From NCBI GenBank assembly GCA_964402535.1, contig CAYOCH010000003.1:1825-65824 (forward strand): DNA of 64,000 bases. The letters are read 5' to 3'. The notes beneath the pieces are model-generated. The model was given only the letters and a program-made list of their open reading frames with translations, had not been told where the DNA came from and did no database searches. Of the stretch, positions 19,509 to 28,771 are shown one piece after another. The stretch is from an uncultured Candidatus Saccharibacteria bacterium. GTDB taxonomy: Bacteria; Patescibacteriota; Minisyncoccia; Phycocordibacterales; Phycocordibacteraceae. Every line of letters begins with the position of its first letter. Positions within the stretch are counted from its first letter, which is position 1. The translations under genes were made by a program, and so were the position numbers.

Positions 19509-19694
19509 ATGGAGATAGAGAAGGACGAGAAGCACTGCCCGCAGCATGGGCCGATGACACACTTCGATCATGTGACGGATACGGAGACCGGCGCGATGCG
19601 GAAATATCGCTGCCAGTCGTGCGCGTTTACCGCCACCGTCGAAGTGCCGCTGCCGTCGTACGTACGGCGCAAAGAGAAGGCACAATGCGCCTGA
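19509..19694 (+). CDS. small Zn-ribbon-like protein (61 aa)
   Basis: SD AGGGAGG; CPQH...CQSC; terminator downstream. Confidence 0.65.
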   Translation: MEIEKDEKHCPQHGPMTHFDHVTDTETGAMRKYRCQSCAFTATVEVPLPSYVRRKEKAQCA

Positions 19695-19698
19695 CCTA

Positions 19699-19726
19699 CA
19701 CCCCGCTTCGGCGGGGTGCTTTCTTT
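19699..19726 (+). terminator. intrinsic terminator
   Basis: CACCCCGC-TTCG-GCGGGGTG then CTTTCTTT. Confidence 0.8.
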
Positions 19727-19794
19727 ACTTTCATGAGAAGGGGAGTAAGGTCATAGATACCCATATTCTGGGTCAACAACGAAGGAGGTGCATC

Positions 19795-20034
19795 TTGAAG
19801 AAAATCCTTTTTTCGCTCTTTTCCGTCATCGCTGCACTCGCCATCGCCTTGCCCGCGCTCGCCGCGAACCACGCGAGCGGCACCATAACTGCCGCGGCGC
19901 CTACGGTCATCGCCGCTGCCGAGAAGGCAAAGCCCGCCGCGAAAGCGACGAAAGCTAAACCCGCCACGGCCAAGAAGGCCAAGGCCGGCAAGTCGAAGGC
20001 CAAGGCAAAAGCGAAGCCAAAAGCGAAGGCCTGA
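19795..20034 (+). CDS. small secreted Lys/Ala-rich protein
   Basis: SD AAGGAGGTG with TTG start; signal peptide (ALA/A); histone-H1-like KAK repeats. Confidence 0.7.
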   Translation: MKKILFSLFSVIAALAIALPALAANHASGTITAAAPTVIAAAEKAKPAAKATKAKPATAKKAKAGKSKAKAKAKPKAKA

Positions 20035-20055
20035 CGCGGCGATCAGGCGAGCAAC

Positions 20056-20086
20056 AAAAAGCGGAGGTCATGCACCTCCGCTTTTT
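20056..20086. terminator. intrinsic terminator
   Basis: AAAAAGCGGAGGT-CATGC-ACCTCCGCTTTTT. Confidence 0.8.
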
Positions 20087-20243
20087 CTTATCTTGCGTTT
20101 TTATGAAGGGTCGGTTACCTTTAATCCCAACGCATCTTGGCGTCGCTCTTTGGCTCGTCGGCTGAATTCTCACTGCGGGCCGGGGGTGTTTTCCGACTCG
20201 CGTCGGATTATTAATTCGTGATTTAGAAACGTAATTACCGATT

Positions 20244-21443
20244 ATGGCAGAATTCAATCGTGCGAAGCCGCACATGAACGTGGGCACCATCGGCCACGTC
20301 GACCACGGCAAGACGACTCTCACCGCCGGCATCCTCCACGTCCTCGATATGTTGAAGGGCGAGGGCTATGGCGCCCGCGTCGAAGGCGTCGACAAGATCG
20401 ACAGCGCTCCTGAAGAGAAGGCGCGCGGTATCACTATCGCGCTCCACCACTCGGAGTATGAGTCGCCGAACCGCCACTACGCGCACATCGACGCTCCGGG
20501 CCACGCAGACTACATCAAGAACATGATCACGGGAGCCGCCCAGATGGACGGCGCAGTCCTCGTGGTCGCCGCGACCGACGGCGTGATGCCGCAGACGCGC
20601 GAGCACATCCTCCTCGCGAAGCAGGTGGGCCTTAAGAAGCTCATCGTCTTCCTCAACAAGGTGGACATGGTCGCCGAGGCAGACCTCATCGACCTCGTCG
20701 AAGAGGAGATCCGCGAGCTTCTCACGAAGCAGGGCTACGACGGCGCGAACACACCGATCATCCGCGGCTCGGGCTTGAAGGCCCTCGAGTCGAAGGACGT
20801 GAACGATGAATACGCTAAGAAGGCGAAGGAGCTCGTCGACACGATGGACTCCTACTTCGACCTCCCGAAGCGTGAGACGGATAAGCCGTTCCTCATGCCG
20901 ATCGAGGACATCTTCTCGATCGAAGGCCGCGGCACCGTGGTGACCGGCCGCATCGAGCGCGGCGTGATCAAGGTCGGCGAGGAAGTCGAGATCGTCGGCA
21001 TCAAGCCGACGGCCAAGACGACCGTCACCGGCATCGAGATGTTCAACAAGCAGCTCCAGGAGGGCCAGGCAGGCGACAACGCCGGCATCCTCCTGCGCGG
21101 CACGAAGAAGGAGGACGTGCACCGCGGCCAGGTGCTCGCGAAGACCGGTTCGGTCACGCCGCACACGGACTTCGAGGCAGAGGTCTTCGTCCTCTCGAAG
21201 GATGAAGGCGGCCGCCACACGCCGTTCTTCTCGGGCTACAAGCCGCAGTTCTACATCCGCACGACGGACGTGACCGGCGAGGTCACCCTGCCGGACGGCA
21301 AGGAGATGGTGATGCCGGGCGACACGGTCACCTTCAAGGTGAAGCTCACCGCGCCGGTCGCGCTCGAAGAGCAGCAGCACTTCGCGATCCGCGAAGGCGG
21401 CAAGACCGTTGGCGCCGGCGTCGTGACCAAGATCACCGCCTAA
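20244..21443 (+). CDS. tuf: elongation factor Tu
   Basis: [21 protein letters not shown] and [10 protein letters not shown] motifs. Confidence 0.98.
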   Translation: MAEFNRAKPHMNVGTIGHVDHGKTTLTAGILHVLDMLKGEGYGARVEGVDKIDSAPEEKARGITIALHHSEYESPNRHYAHIDAPGHADYIKNMITGAAQMDGAVLVVAATDGVMPQTREHILLAKQVGLKKLIVFLNKVDMVAEADLIDLVEEEIRELLTKQGYDGANTPIIRGSGLKALESKDVNDEYAKKAKELVDTMDSYFDLPKRETDKPFLMPIEDIFSIEGRGTVVTGRIERGVIKVGEEVEIVGIKPTAKTTVTGIEMFNKQLQEGQAGDNAGILLRGTKKEDVHRGQVLAKTGSVTPHTDFEAEVFVLSKDEGGRHTPFFSGYKPQFYIRTTDVTGEVTLPDGKEMVMPGDTVTFKVKLTAPVALEEQQHFAIREGGKTVGAGVVTKITA

Positions 21444-21465
21444 GCGTGTAACAACCAGTACTCGT

Positions 21466-21831
21466 ATGGCTACGGAATCGAAACCCAAGGCGAAGCGCGC
21501 CGCAAAGAAGGCGGCGCCTGCGACGGAGCACAAGCTCCGCATCCGGGTCCGCGCCTATGAGCACAAGATCCTCGACCTCTCGGTGAAGCAGATCATGGAC
21601 ACCGCGGCGCGCTTCGACGCTGTCGTCGTCGGCCCGGTGCCGCTCCCCACCGAGATCAAGCGCTGGACCGTGAACCGCTCGACCTTCGTCCACAAGGACG
21701 CTCGCGAGCAGTTCGAGATGCGCATCCACAAGCGCCTGATCGACATCATGAATCCGTCGCCTAAGGTGATCGAGGCCCTCACGAACCTCAATCTCCCCTC
21801 GGGGGTGACGATCGACGTCAAGATGGTTTAA
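21466..21831 (+). CDS. rpsJ: 30S ribosomal protein S10
   Basis: GPVPLPT and REQFEMRIHKRLIDI motifs. Confidence 0.97.
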   Translation: MATESKPKAKRAAKKAAPATEHKLRIRVRAYEHKILDLSVKQIMDTAARFDAVVVGPVPLPTEIKRWTVNRSTFVHKDAREQFEMRIHKRLIDIMNPSPKVIEALTNLNLPSGVTIDVKMV

Positions 21832-21849
21832 CCCGAGCGCAGTCGAGGG
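21832..21849. repeat. REP-like 18-bp element, copy 1
   Basis: CCCGAGCGCAGTCGAGGG, identical at 36923-36940. Confidence 0.65.
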
Positions 21850-21865
21850 TTCTAACCGCCAAGAG

Positions 21866-21904
21866 AACACGCAACCGCCCCTCGGGGCGGTTGCGTGTTT
21901 TATT
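21866..21904 (+). terminator. terminator after rpsJ
   Basis: AACACGCAACCGCCCC-TC-GGGGCGGTTGCGTGTT plus T-run. Confidence 0.8.
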
Positions 21905-21943
21905 TGGTGCTATCCTACCGGCAGATGTCACGAGGAGATTCAC

Positions 21944-22126
21944 ATGGATTGGATCGACTACGCGCTTGAAGAAGAGAAGAGCCGGGAGCGGAAGAAAGCG
22001 GAAGCGAAAAGAGGCGGCGTGAAGAAGCAGCAGAACCCGGTGCCAGTTGCGCCCGTCGAAACGCTCCCTGATGTTCCCGATTTGTCCCATAACCACATCG
22101 ATTGGATCCCAGTCGACGAACAGTAA
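21944..22126 (+). CDS. hypothetical 60-aa protein
   Basis: TGCTATCCT -10, SD GAGGAG, hairpin at 22129-22155. Confidence 0.55.
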   Translation: MDWIDYALEEEKSRERKKAEAKRGGVKKQQNPVPVAPVETLPDVPDLSHNHIDWIPVDEQ

Positions 22127-22214
22127 CCAAGGCCGCGTCTGGAGCACGCGGCCTTTGCATTTGGCGCTCTGCGTCCGGCCTGGTACACTCGCTCGCGGAA
22201 AGGGGGGCACACCT

Positions 22215-22484
22215 ATGCCTATCAGTTGGATGGAACAGCTGGAACTTGACGAGACGCACACAACCTCGAGGGAGACTGCATTGGCTAAAGAACAACCGTA
22301 CATTGTCGCTGGGATCAAGAACTACTTCGGCGGTACTGGCGAGCTTGGCGTAGAGCTCGGCACATTTCGCACTGTTGAGTTTGCGCTCCACGCGCGCGAA
22401 GCGATACTCAAGCTCGCGATAAAAAAGGGCTGGTCGGGCCGTCGCGGAATATTCCAGAACGGGAAGCTGATCAAAGAGATCTGA
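22215..22484 (+). CDS. hypothetical 89-aa protein
   Basis: TGGTACACT -10, purine-rich SD, terminator at 22501-22527. Confidence 0.55.
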   Translation: MPISWMEQLELDETHTTSRETALAKEQPYIVAGIKNYFGGTGELGVELGTFRTVEFALHAREAILKLAIKKGWSGRRGIFQNGKLIKEI

Positions 22485-22528
22485 CAGCACATTCGCAGTG
22501 AAAGGCAGGCCCCGGCCTGCCTTTTTTA

Positions 22529-22557
22529 TTGACAGCGTACTCAGACTATTTTATAAT
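22529..22557 (+). promoter_or_regulatory. consensus sigma70 promoter
   Basis: TTGACA-N17-TATAAT. Confidence 0.75.
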
Positions 22558-22588
22558 AGTCAAACCATGTTCCTTTCGGAGTCATAGC

Positions 22589-22882
22589 ATGTCGAGAAAT
22601 CGATTTAGGGAGGCGCAGGCCTCGCAGTCATTGGTGCGCGTTGGAGGAATAATGTCGGCGTATATGTTGACCGCTCGCCTGAATGCTCTGGGCGGGACCT
22701 CAGCAATCCGTCCGAAGTTCTGGGGAAACGAGCAATTGCTTCAGGAGTATGCACGGCGGAGGGCTGCGTTGAGCTGGCCAGAGCAGAGTCTCGTCGTGCA
22801 GGAAGTTCTCGAAAACGCCAGGCACAATCTCAAACTAATCGAAAAAGAAATCTTGCGTCGCATGAATGCGAAAGCCCGCTGA
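22589..22882 (+). CDS. hypothetical 97-aa protein
   Basis: Follows a consensus promoter; GGAG SD; hairpin at 22871-22894. Confidence 0.5.
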   Translation: MSRNRFREAQASQSLVRVGGIMSAYMLTARLNALGGTSAIRPKFWGNEQLLQEYARRRAALSWPEQSLVVQEVLENARHNLKLIEKEILRRMNAKAR

Positions 22883-23008
22883 TCGGCGGGTTTTCTGTTT
22901 CCTTGCATGATTTTTCGTTCTCGTGTAGAGTGCCTCCATCGCTACGACCCCATGCGGGTCCTCCAGCAAATCGCGCACCAGCGATTGCTGGCGCGCGATT
23001 TCTATCAA

Positions 23009-23623
23009 ATGAAATTCATCCTCGCCAAGAAAGAGAAAATGACCCGCATCTTCGCGGATGACGGCCGCGCGCTCGCCGGCACGATCCTCAAGGCGGAGCC
23101 GATTACCGTCACGCAGGTGAAGTCGGCCGACGGCAAGGACCAGTACTCGGCCGTCCAGGTCGGGATGGGGGAGCGCCGCGCCACGACGGTCTCTAAGGCC
23201 GTCCTCGGCCACGGCAAGGGCAAGGCCTACGAGGCCGTGCGCGAGTTCCGCGACGCATCCGGCCTCTCCGTGGGTGCTGCGATCGACGCGTCCGTCTTCG
23301 CGGTGGGCGATGTGGTCCGCGTCTCGGGCATCACCAAGGGCAAGGGCTTCGCCGGTGTGGTGAAGCGCCACGGCTTCCACGGCGGTCCGCGCACTCACGG
23401 CCAGAAGCACACCGAGCGCGCCCCGGGCTCGATCGGCGGCTCGGGCGGCCGCGCAGGCGGTCGCGTCGTGAAGGGCAAGCGCATGGCGGGCCGCATGGGC
23501 TCTGACCGCGTCACGGTCAAGAACCTCAAGGTGCTCGCGATCGACCTTGCAGCCGGCGAGATCATCGTCTCGGGCGCCGTCCCGGGCCGCCGCGGCACCG
23601 TGCTCGAGGTAGCCGCCGCATAA
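23009..23623 (+). CDS. rplC: 50S ribosomal protein L3
   Basis: KGKGFAGVVKRHGF, RAPGSIG and MAGRMG motifs. Confidence 0.97.
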   Translation: MKFILAKKEKMTRIFADDGRALAGTILKAEPITVTQVKSADGKDQYSAVQVGMGERRATTVSKAVLGHGKGKAYEAVREFRDASGLSVGAAIDASVFAVGDVVRVSGITKGKGFAGVVKRHGFHGGPRTHGQKHTERAPGSIGGSGGRAGGRVVKGKRMAGRMGSDRVTVKNLKVLAIDLAAGEIIVSGAVPGRRGTVLEVAAA

Positions 23624-23633
23624 TTTCCGTACT

Positions 23634-24338
23634 ATGGCTACCACTAAGACTATGAAGACTAAGAAAGAAGCCCCGAAGGAGGCCCCGATCTACTCGATGG
23701 AGGGCAAGCAGGTGGGCACGATCGCGCTCCCGGAGACGCTCTTCGCGCAGCCGTGGCGCGTCGACCTGGTGCACCAGGTCTCGACCGCGATCCAGGCGAA
23801 CCTCCGCCAGAACCGCGCCCACACCAAGGACCGCTCTGAGGTCTCGGGCGGCGGCAAGAAGCCGTGGAAGCAGAAGGGCACCGGCCAGGCGCGTCACGCG
23901 TCGACCCGCTCGCCGATCTGGCGCCATGGCGGCATCACCTTCGGTCCGCGCACCGAGCGCGACTACAGCGAGAAGATCAACAAGAAGATGCGCGTCGGCG
24001 CGCTCATGAGCGCCCTCTCAAAGAAGGCGAAGGACGGCGAGCTGATCCTCGTCGACTCACTGAGCTTCGCTGCGCCGAAGGCCGCGACGGCCAAGAAGGC
24101 GATCGCCGCGATCGCCAAGGGCGCCGGCGCCGACACCCTCGCCTCGAAAAAGAAGAACGCCGCGCTCCTCGCGCTCGCCTCCTACGACACGAACGCGATC
24201 AAGAGCTTCGGCAACTTCGGCAACGTGATGACCGAGGAGCTGCGCAATTTGAACTTGCTCGACGTGCTCACGCACAAGTACCTCGTGATCGAGAAGCCGG
24301 AGGCTGCGTTTGCAGCGCTCGCCGCCCGCGCGAAGTAA
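23634..24338 (+). CDS. rplD: 50S ribosomal protein L4
   Basis: GGGKKPWKQKGTGQAR and GGITFGP motifs. Confidence 0.97.
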   Translation: MATTKTMKTKKEAPKEAPIYSMEGKQVGTIALPETLFAQPWRVDLVHQVSTAIQANLRQNRAHTKDRSEVSGGGKKPWKQKGTGQARHASTRSPIWRHGGITFGPRTERDYSEKINKKMRVGALMSALSKKAKDGELILVDSLSFAAPKAATAKKAIAAIAKGAGADTLASKKKNAALLALASYDTNAIKSFGNFGNVMTEELRNLNLLDVLTHKYLVIEKPEAAFAALAARAK

Positions 24339-24348
24339 CAGAACTACC

Positions 24349-24717
24349 ATGGCACTCTTTAGCTCAACCAAGAAGGAGAAGAAGGAAGGCGCGGTGAAGG
24401 CCAAGCGCGTCGCCCGCTCGAAGAAGCCGGTCGCCGGCTCTGCGCACGACGCGATCATCGCGCCGTGGTTCTCGGAGAAGGCGCTCATCGCGACCGAGAA
24501 GGGCGTCTACGCGTTCGCCGTCCCGACGCGCGCGACCAAGGCCGAGATCGCCGGTGCGATCAAGGAGATCTACAACGTCGCGCCGCGCGCGATCCGCATC
24601 GTGAACCTCCCGGCGAAGCGCAAGATGATGCGCACCCGCCGCGGGATCGGCACGCGCGCTGCGCGCCGCAAGGCCTACGTCTACCTGAACGCGGGCGACA
24701 CGATCCAGTTCGCGTAA
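24349..24717 (+). CDS. rplW: 50S ribosomal protein L23
   Basis: SEKA, ATKAEI and KAYVYL motifs; operon position. Confidence 0.93.
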   Translation: MALFSSTKKEKKEGAVKAKRVARSKKPVAGSAHDAIIAPWFSEKALIATEKGVYAFAVPTRATKAEIAGAIKEIYNVAPRAIRIVNLPAKRKMMRTRRGIGTRAARRKAYVYLNAGDTIQFA

Positions 24718-24727
24718 TCATCGCCGT

Positions 24728-25570
24728 ATGAAAACCTACAAGCCTACATCCAAGAGCCGCCGCTTCATGACTACGCTCCCGTACAAGGAGCTCCTCTCAG
24801 GCGACGAGCCGTACAAGCCGCTCCTCGGCAAGAAGAAGCGTCAGGGCGGCCGCAACGCGTTCGGCCGGATCACGACGCGCCACCAGGGCGGCGGCCACAA
24901 GCGCCGTCTGCGCGACGTTGATTTCTCGTACAACAAGAAGGACATCCCGGCGAAGATCGAGACCGTCGAGTACGACCCGTTCCGCTCCGCATTCATCGGC
25001 CTCGCGCTCTATCGCGACGGCGAGCGCCGTTACCATATCCTCCCCAAGGAGGTGAAGGTGGGGAGCACGTTCATCGTCTCGGAGAAGGCGCCTTTGACGG
25101 CCGGCAACCGTCTCCCGCTCGGCTCGATCCCCGTGGGCACGTTTATCTACAACATCGAGATCGCCCCGGGCGCCGGCGCCTCGCTCGTCCGCTCGGCCGG
25201 CAGCTACGCCGAGGTGGTCGCACACGACGCGGGCTACGCCCAGATCAAGCTCCCATCGACTGAAGTCCGCAAGGTCTCTGACCTCGCGTGGGCCTCGGTC
25301 GGCGCGGTCGGCAACGAGGAGTACAACCTCGTCGTGATCGGCAAGGCAGGCCGCAGCCGCTGGCTCGGTATCCGTCCGACGGTGCGCGGCACCGCCATGA
25401 ACCCGGTCGACCACCCGCACGGCGGCGGCGAAGGCAAGCAGGGTCGCGGTCTCCGCCGCGCCAAGAGCAAGTGGGGCAAGCCCACCGGCAAGGGTCAGAA
25501 GACCCGCACGCCGAAGAAGTACTCGAACGTCTTCATCGTCTCCCGCCGCAAGGTCGGCAAGCGCAAGTAA
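24728..25570 (+). CDS. rplB: 50S ribosomal protein L2
   Basis: GGGHKR and RGTAMNPVDHPHGGGEG motifs. Confidence 0.98.
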   Translation: MKTYKPTSKSRRFMTTLPYKELLSGDEPYKPLLGKKKRQGGRNAFGRITTRHQGGGHKRRLRDVDFSYNKKDIPAKIETVEYDPFRSAFIGLALYRDGERRYHILPKEVKVGSTFIVSEKAPLTAGNRLPLGSIPVGTFIYNIEIAPGAGASLVRSAGSYAEVVAHDAGYAQIKLPSTEVRKVSDLAWASVGAVGNEEYNLVVIGKAGRSRWLGIRPTVRGTAMNPVDHPHGGGEGKQGRGLRRAKSKWGKPTGKGQKTRTPKKYSNVFIVSRRKVGKRK

Positions 25571-25579
25571 GACAAAAGC

Positions 25580-25616
25580 AAATCGCCCGCGGCGTCCGCC
25601 GCGGGCGATTTCTTTT
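25580..25616. terminator. bidirectional terminator
   Basis: AAATCGCCCGCGGCG-TC-CGCCGCGGGCGATTT. Confidence 0.8.
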
Positions 25617-25617
25617 A

Positions 25618-26376
25618 CTATCGGTACGCCGGTTTGAGGACTGAAGAGAGCTCGGAGAGGGGGATACGGACTGTCTGGGGGCCGGCAGCATAGGGGCCAG
25701 CCTGATAGGGGGCGAAGAGGATCACGAATTCGCGGTTGTCGAAGAAGAAATCGGCAAAATTCTTAGCATCTGGCGCGGTGCCGGCGTTGATCTGCTCGGT
25801 ATCGGCGTTGGGCGCCTGTGCGGCGGCGATCTGGCTGCGCGAGATCGAAGAGAGCGTGTCCAGGTAGTCGCCCTGGAAGATGTCGGAGAGCGCGAGCGCC
25901 TTGCCGGTCTTGGTGTCGAAGGTGAAGGTCGCGAACGTCGTGTTGCCGTGCGCGCCGAGCGTGTCGGCGTAGACCGTGAAGATGTACGAGATGGTGCGTG
26001 ACGACGAGCCGATCAGGTAGACGATGTTCAAGGTCTGTTTGCGTCCCCGATCGTAGCCCATCACGCGGATGTCGCGCGGCGAGAGGTTGTCGAAACGACC
26101 GTCGGTCTTGAACTGCGCGATCGTGTCGCGGATGAAGGTATACAGCTGCGAGCGCGCTGCGGCGTCTGCTGCTGGTGCAAGCGGCGTTGAGGTCGCGTAA
26201 TTTGCCGAGATATCGTAGTACTTCGCGCTCTCTTCGTAGTGGCCGGGCGGGAGCACTATCGCGGACGGGTTCTCGCCCGGGGCGACGGCCGGGGCAGGGC
26301 GGAGGAATGCGTAGGCGGCCAAGAGGGCGGCGATGACGATGGCAAAGATGGTCAGGAGGGTGGTTTTCTGCGGCAT
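25618..26376 (-). CDS. DUF3298/RsiV-like membrane-anchored protein
   Basis: N-terminal TM; GAHG, TFTFD..TGK.L.LSDIF and F.PYQAGPYAAG motifs. Confidence 0.8.
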   Translation of the reverse strand: MPQKTTLLTIFAIVIAALLAAYAFLRPAPAVAPGENPSAIVLPPGHYEESAKYYDISANYATSTPLAPAADAAARSQLYTFIRDTIAQFKTDGRFDNLSPRDIRVMGYDRGRKQTLNIVYLIGSSSRTISYIFTVYADTLGAHGNTTFATFTFDTKTGKALALSDIFQGDYLDTLSSISRSQIAAAQAPNADTEQINAGTAPDAKNFADFFFDNREFVILFAPYQAGPYAAGPQTVRIPLSELSSVLKPAYR

Positions 26377-26464
26377 ATGAGGCGAGTGTACCACCGGGTT
26401 GCATAAGTTCCAGACATCTTGTATCTTTGAGCTATCTCGCGCTTGCGCGGGCTTTTAATTACTT

Positions 26465-26806
26465 ATGGCACGCTCACTCAAGAAGGGACCATTCGTGGAC
26501 GCAAAGCTCCTCAAGAAGGTCGCTCTCAAGAAACCGGCATCCGCCGGGGTCATCAAGACGTGGGCGCGCCGGAGTCAGATCAGCCCGGAAATGGTCGGAT
26601 TCACCTTCGGCGTCCACAACGGCAAGAGCCATGTGGAGGTCCTCGTCTCTGAGGAGATGGTGGGACACCGCCTCGGCGAATTCTCGCCGACCAAGAAGTT
26701 CATGCGCCACGGCGGCAAGATGCAGAAGGAGCTCGAGGCCAAGAAGCAGCAGGCCGAAATCACCGCAGCCAAGGCCGCCAAGGAGGCGCCGGCCGCTAAG
26801 AAATAA
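26465..26806 (+). CDS. rpsS: 30S ribosomal protein S19
   Basis: RSLKKGPF and [12 protein letters not shown] motifs. Confidence 0.97.
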   Translation: MARSLKKGPFVDAKLLKKVALKKPASAGVIKTWARRSQISPEMVGFTFGVHNGKSHVEVLVSEEMVGHRLGEFSPTKKFMRHGGKMQKELEAKKQQAEITAAKAAKEAPAAKK

Positions 26807-26808
26807 CC

Positions 26809-27129
26809 ATGGCCACAGCATCCCTCAAGAGCTATAACCAGACCCCGCGCAAAGTCCGCCTCGTGACGGACCTCGTGAAGGGCAAGACGGTCACCGAGGC
26901 GCTCACGGCGCTCACGTTCCTCCCGCGCCGCGCAGCCGAGCCGATCGCCAAGCTCATCCGGAGCGCAGCCGCAAACGCCAAGGAGCAGGGCGCCGACGTC
27001 GCGACGCTCCGCGTGAAGTCGATCACCGTCGACAGCGCCGGCATGCTGAAGAAGTACATGCCGCGCGCCTTCGGCCGTGCCTCGATGATCCGCCGCCGCA
27101 AGAGCCAGGTCAACGTGACGCTCGCCTAA
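26809..27129 (+). CDS. rplV: 50S ribosomal protein L22
   Basis: PRKVRLV, SAAANA and PRAFGRA motifs. Confidence 0.96.
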   Translation: MATASLKSYNQTPRKVRLVTDLVKGKTVTEALTALTFLPRRAAEPIAKLIRSAAANAKEQGADVATLRVKSITVDSAGMLKKYMPRAFGRASMIRRRKSQVNVTLA

Positions 27130-27135
27130 CTTTAT

Positions 27136-27843
27136 ATGACACACATCGTCCATCCGTACGCGCACCGTCTCGGCATCATCCGGGATTGGAAGAGTCGCTG
27201 GTTCGCCGGCGATAAGAAGAGCTACCGCGAGAACATCAAGGTGGACGAGACGATCCGCACCTTCCTCACCAAGCGCCTGCGCGGCACCTACACCTCGAAC
27301 ATCGAGATCGAGCGCGCCGAGGGCGAGCTCCGTGTCGTCGTCTCGACTGCGCGCCCGGGCCTCGTGATCGGCCGCTCCGGCGAGAACGCAACCAAGCTGC
27401 GCGCCGAGCTCACCGAGGTCGTCCGCAAGGCATCCGCCGCCGCGCTCCCCTCCGGGAAGCAGGTCAAGCTCGACATCAACGAGATCCGCCAGCCGGAGAC
27501 CGATGCAGCCGTCGTCGCCTACATGGTCGCCGAGGGCCTTGAGAAGCGCATGCCGTTCCGCCGCGTCCTCAAGCAGACGGTAGAGAAGGTGATCGCTGCC
27601 CGCGAGGTCGAGGGCGTGCGCATCGCGATTTCCGGGCGCTTGGGCGGCGCCGAGATGAGCCGCAAGGAGGAGCTCAAGAAGGGGCGCATCCCGCTCCAGA
27701 CCTTCCGTGCGGACATCGACTTCGCCCGCGAACAGGCCTACCTCCCGTACGGCGTGATCGGCATCAAGGTGTGGATCTATCGCGGCAACATCTATCAGGA
27801 CAAGACGGCGCCGGTGCGCCTTAACGAGCCCGTCCGCGGCTAA
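27136..27843 (+). CDS. rpsC: 30S ribosomal protein S3
   Basis: RPGLVIGRSG, GRLGGAE and PLQTFRADID motifs. Confidence 0.97.
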   Translation: MTHIVHPYAHRLGIIRDWKSRWFAGDKKSYRENIKVDETIRTFLTKRLRGTYTSNIEIERAEGELRVVVSTARPGLVIGRSGENATKLRAELTEVVRKASAAALPSGKQVKLDINEIRQPETDAAVVAYMVAEGLEKRMPFRRVLKQTVEKVIAAREVEGVRIAISGRLGGAEMSRKEELKKGRIPLQTFRADIDFAREQAYLPYGVIGIKVWIYRGNIYQDKTAPVRLNEPVRG

Positions 27844-27852
27844 CCGACTACC

Positions 27853-28272
27853 ATGCTTTTCCCGAAGAAGGTCAAACATCGTAAGTGGCAGACGCAGCGG
27901 ATGAGCCCCAAGGCGCTCAGCCGTCCTGAGACGCGCGGCACGACGGTCGCGTTCGGCTCGTTCGCGCTCAAGGCGCTCACGCCGGCGCGCGTGACGAGCA
28001 ACCAGATCGAGTCCGCCCGCAAGGTGCTCACGCGTGCGACCGCCAAGACCGGCAAGCTCTGGATCCGCATCTTCCCTGACCGCCCGGTCACGGCGAAGCC
28101 GGCAGAAGTGGGCATGGGCTCCGGCAAGGGCGACCCGAAGCACTACGTCTTCCAGGTGCGGCCGGGCCGCATCCTCTTCGAGATGGACGGCGTCGACGAG
28201 AAGATCGCTCGTGCGCACCTGCGCCAGGCGGGCATGAAGCTCCCGGTCAAGACGTCGATCGTGACGCGCTAA
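27853..28272 (+). CDS. rplP: 50S ribosomal protein L16
   Basis: WIRIFPD and MGSGKG motifs. Confidence 0.97.
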   Translation: MLFPKKVKHRKWQTQRMSPKALSRPETRGTTVAFGSFALKALTPARVTSNQIESARKVLTRATAKTGKLWIRIFPDRPVTAKPAEVGMGSGKGDPKHYVFQVRPGRILFEMDGVDEKIARAHLRQAGMKLPVKTSIVTR

Positions 28273-28291
28273 TTGCTTTTTCGTACCGGAT

Positions 28292-28495
28292 ATGACAAAA
28301 GTAGAAAACATGACGACGAAGAACGATCAGGAGCTCGCAAAGCTCCTCGCTGACACGCGCGCCGAGCTCCGCTCGGAGCGTTTCTCTGCCGCCGGCGCTC
28401 GCGCCAAGGACACGAACGCGAAGGGGAAGCACCGCGCGACGATCGCCCGCGTCCTCACCGAGCAGCGCCGCCGCGCACTCGCCGCCGCAAACTAA
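28292..28495 (+). CDS. rpmC: 50S ribosomal protein L29
   Basis: EL..RF and IARVLT pattern; operon position. Confidence 0.9.
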   Translation: MTKVENMTTKNDQELAKLLADTRAELRSERFSAAGARAKDTNAKGKHRATIARVLTEQRRRALAAAN

Positions 28496-28496
28496 T

Positions 28497-28769
28497 ATGG
28501 AAACGAAACTCACCCGCCCGCAGTCCTTCACCGGCACCGTCGTCAAGACGGCGATGCAGGAGACTGCCACGGTCAAGGTCGACCGCTACGTCAAGAACGC
28601 CAAGTACAAGAAGTACTTCGTGCGCTCCAAGAAGTACCTCGCGCACAATGCCGGCAACGCGGCGAAGGTCGGCGACACGGTGACGATCGTCGCCACGCGC
28701 CCCATCTCCAAGATGAAGCGCTTCGCGATCGACGCTGCGAAGACGGTGAGCTCGGAGACTAACGACTAA
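28497..28769 (+). CDS. rpsQ: 30S ribosomal protein S17
   Basis: KYLAH, GDTVTI and RPISK motifs. Confidence 0.95.
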   Translation: METKLTRPQSFTGTVVKTAMQETATVKVDRYVKNAKYKKYFVRSKKYLAHNAGNAAKVGDTVTIVATRPISKMKRFAIDAAKTVSSETND

Positions 28770-28771
28770 GT

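Noticed and set aside
20090-20243. tuf upstream region as a tRNA cluster or riboswitch
   Set aside because: Only small hairpins (e.g. TCCGAC-TCGC-GTCGGA); no recognisable RNA family motif
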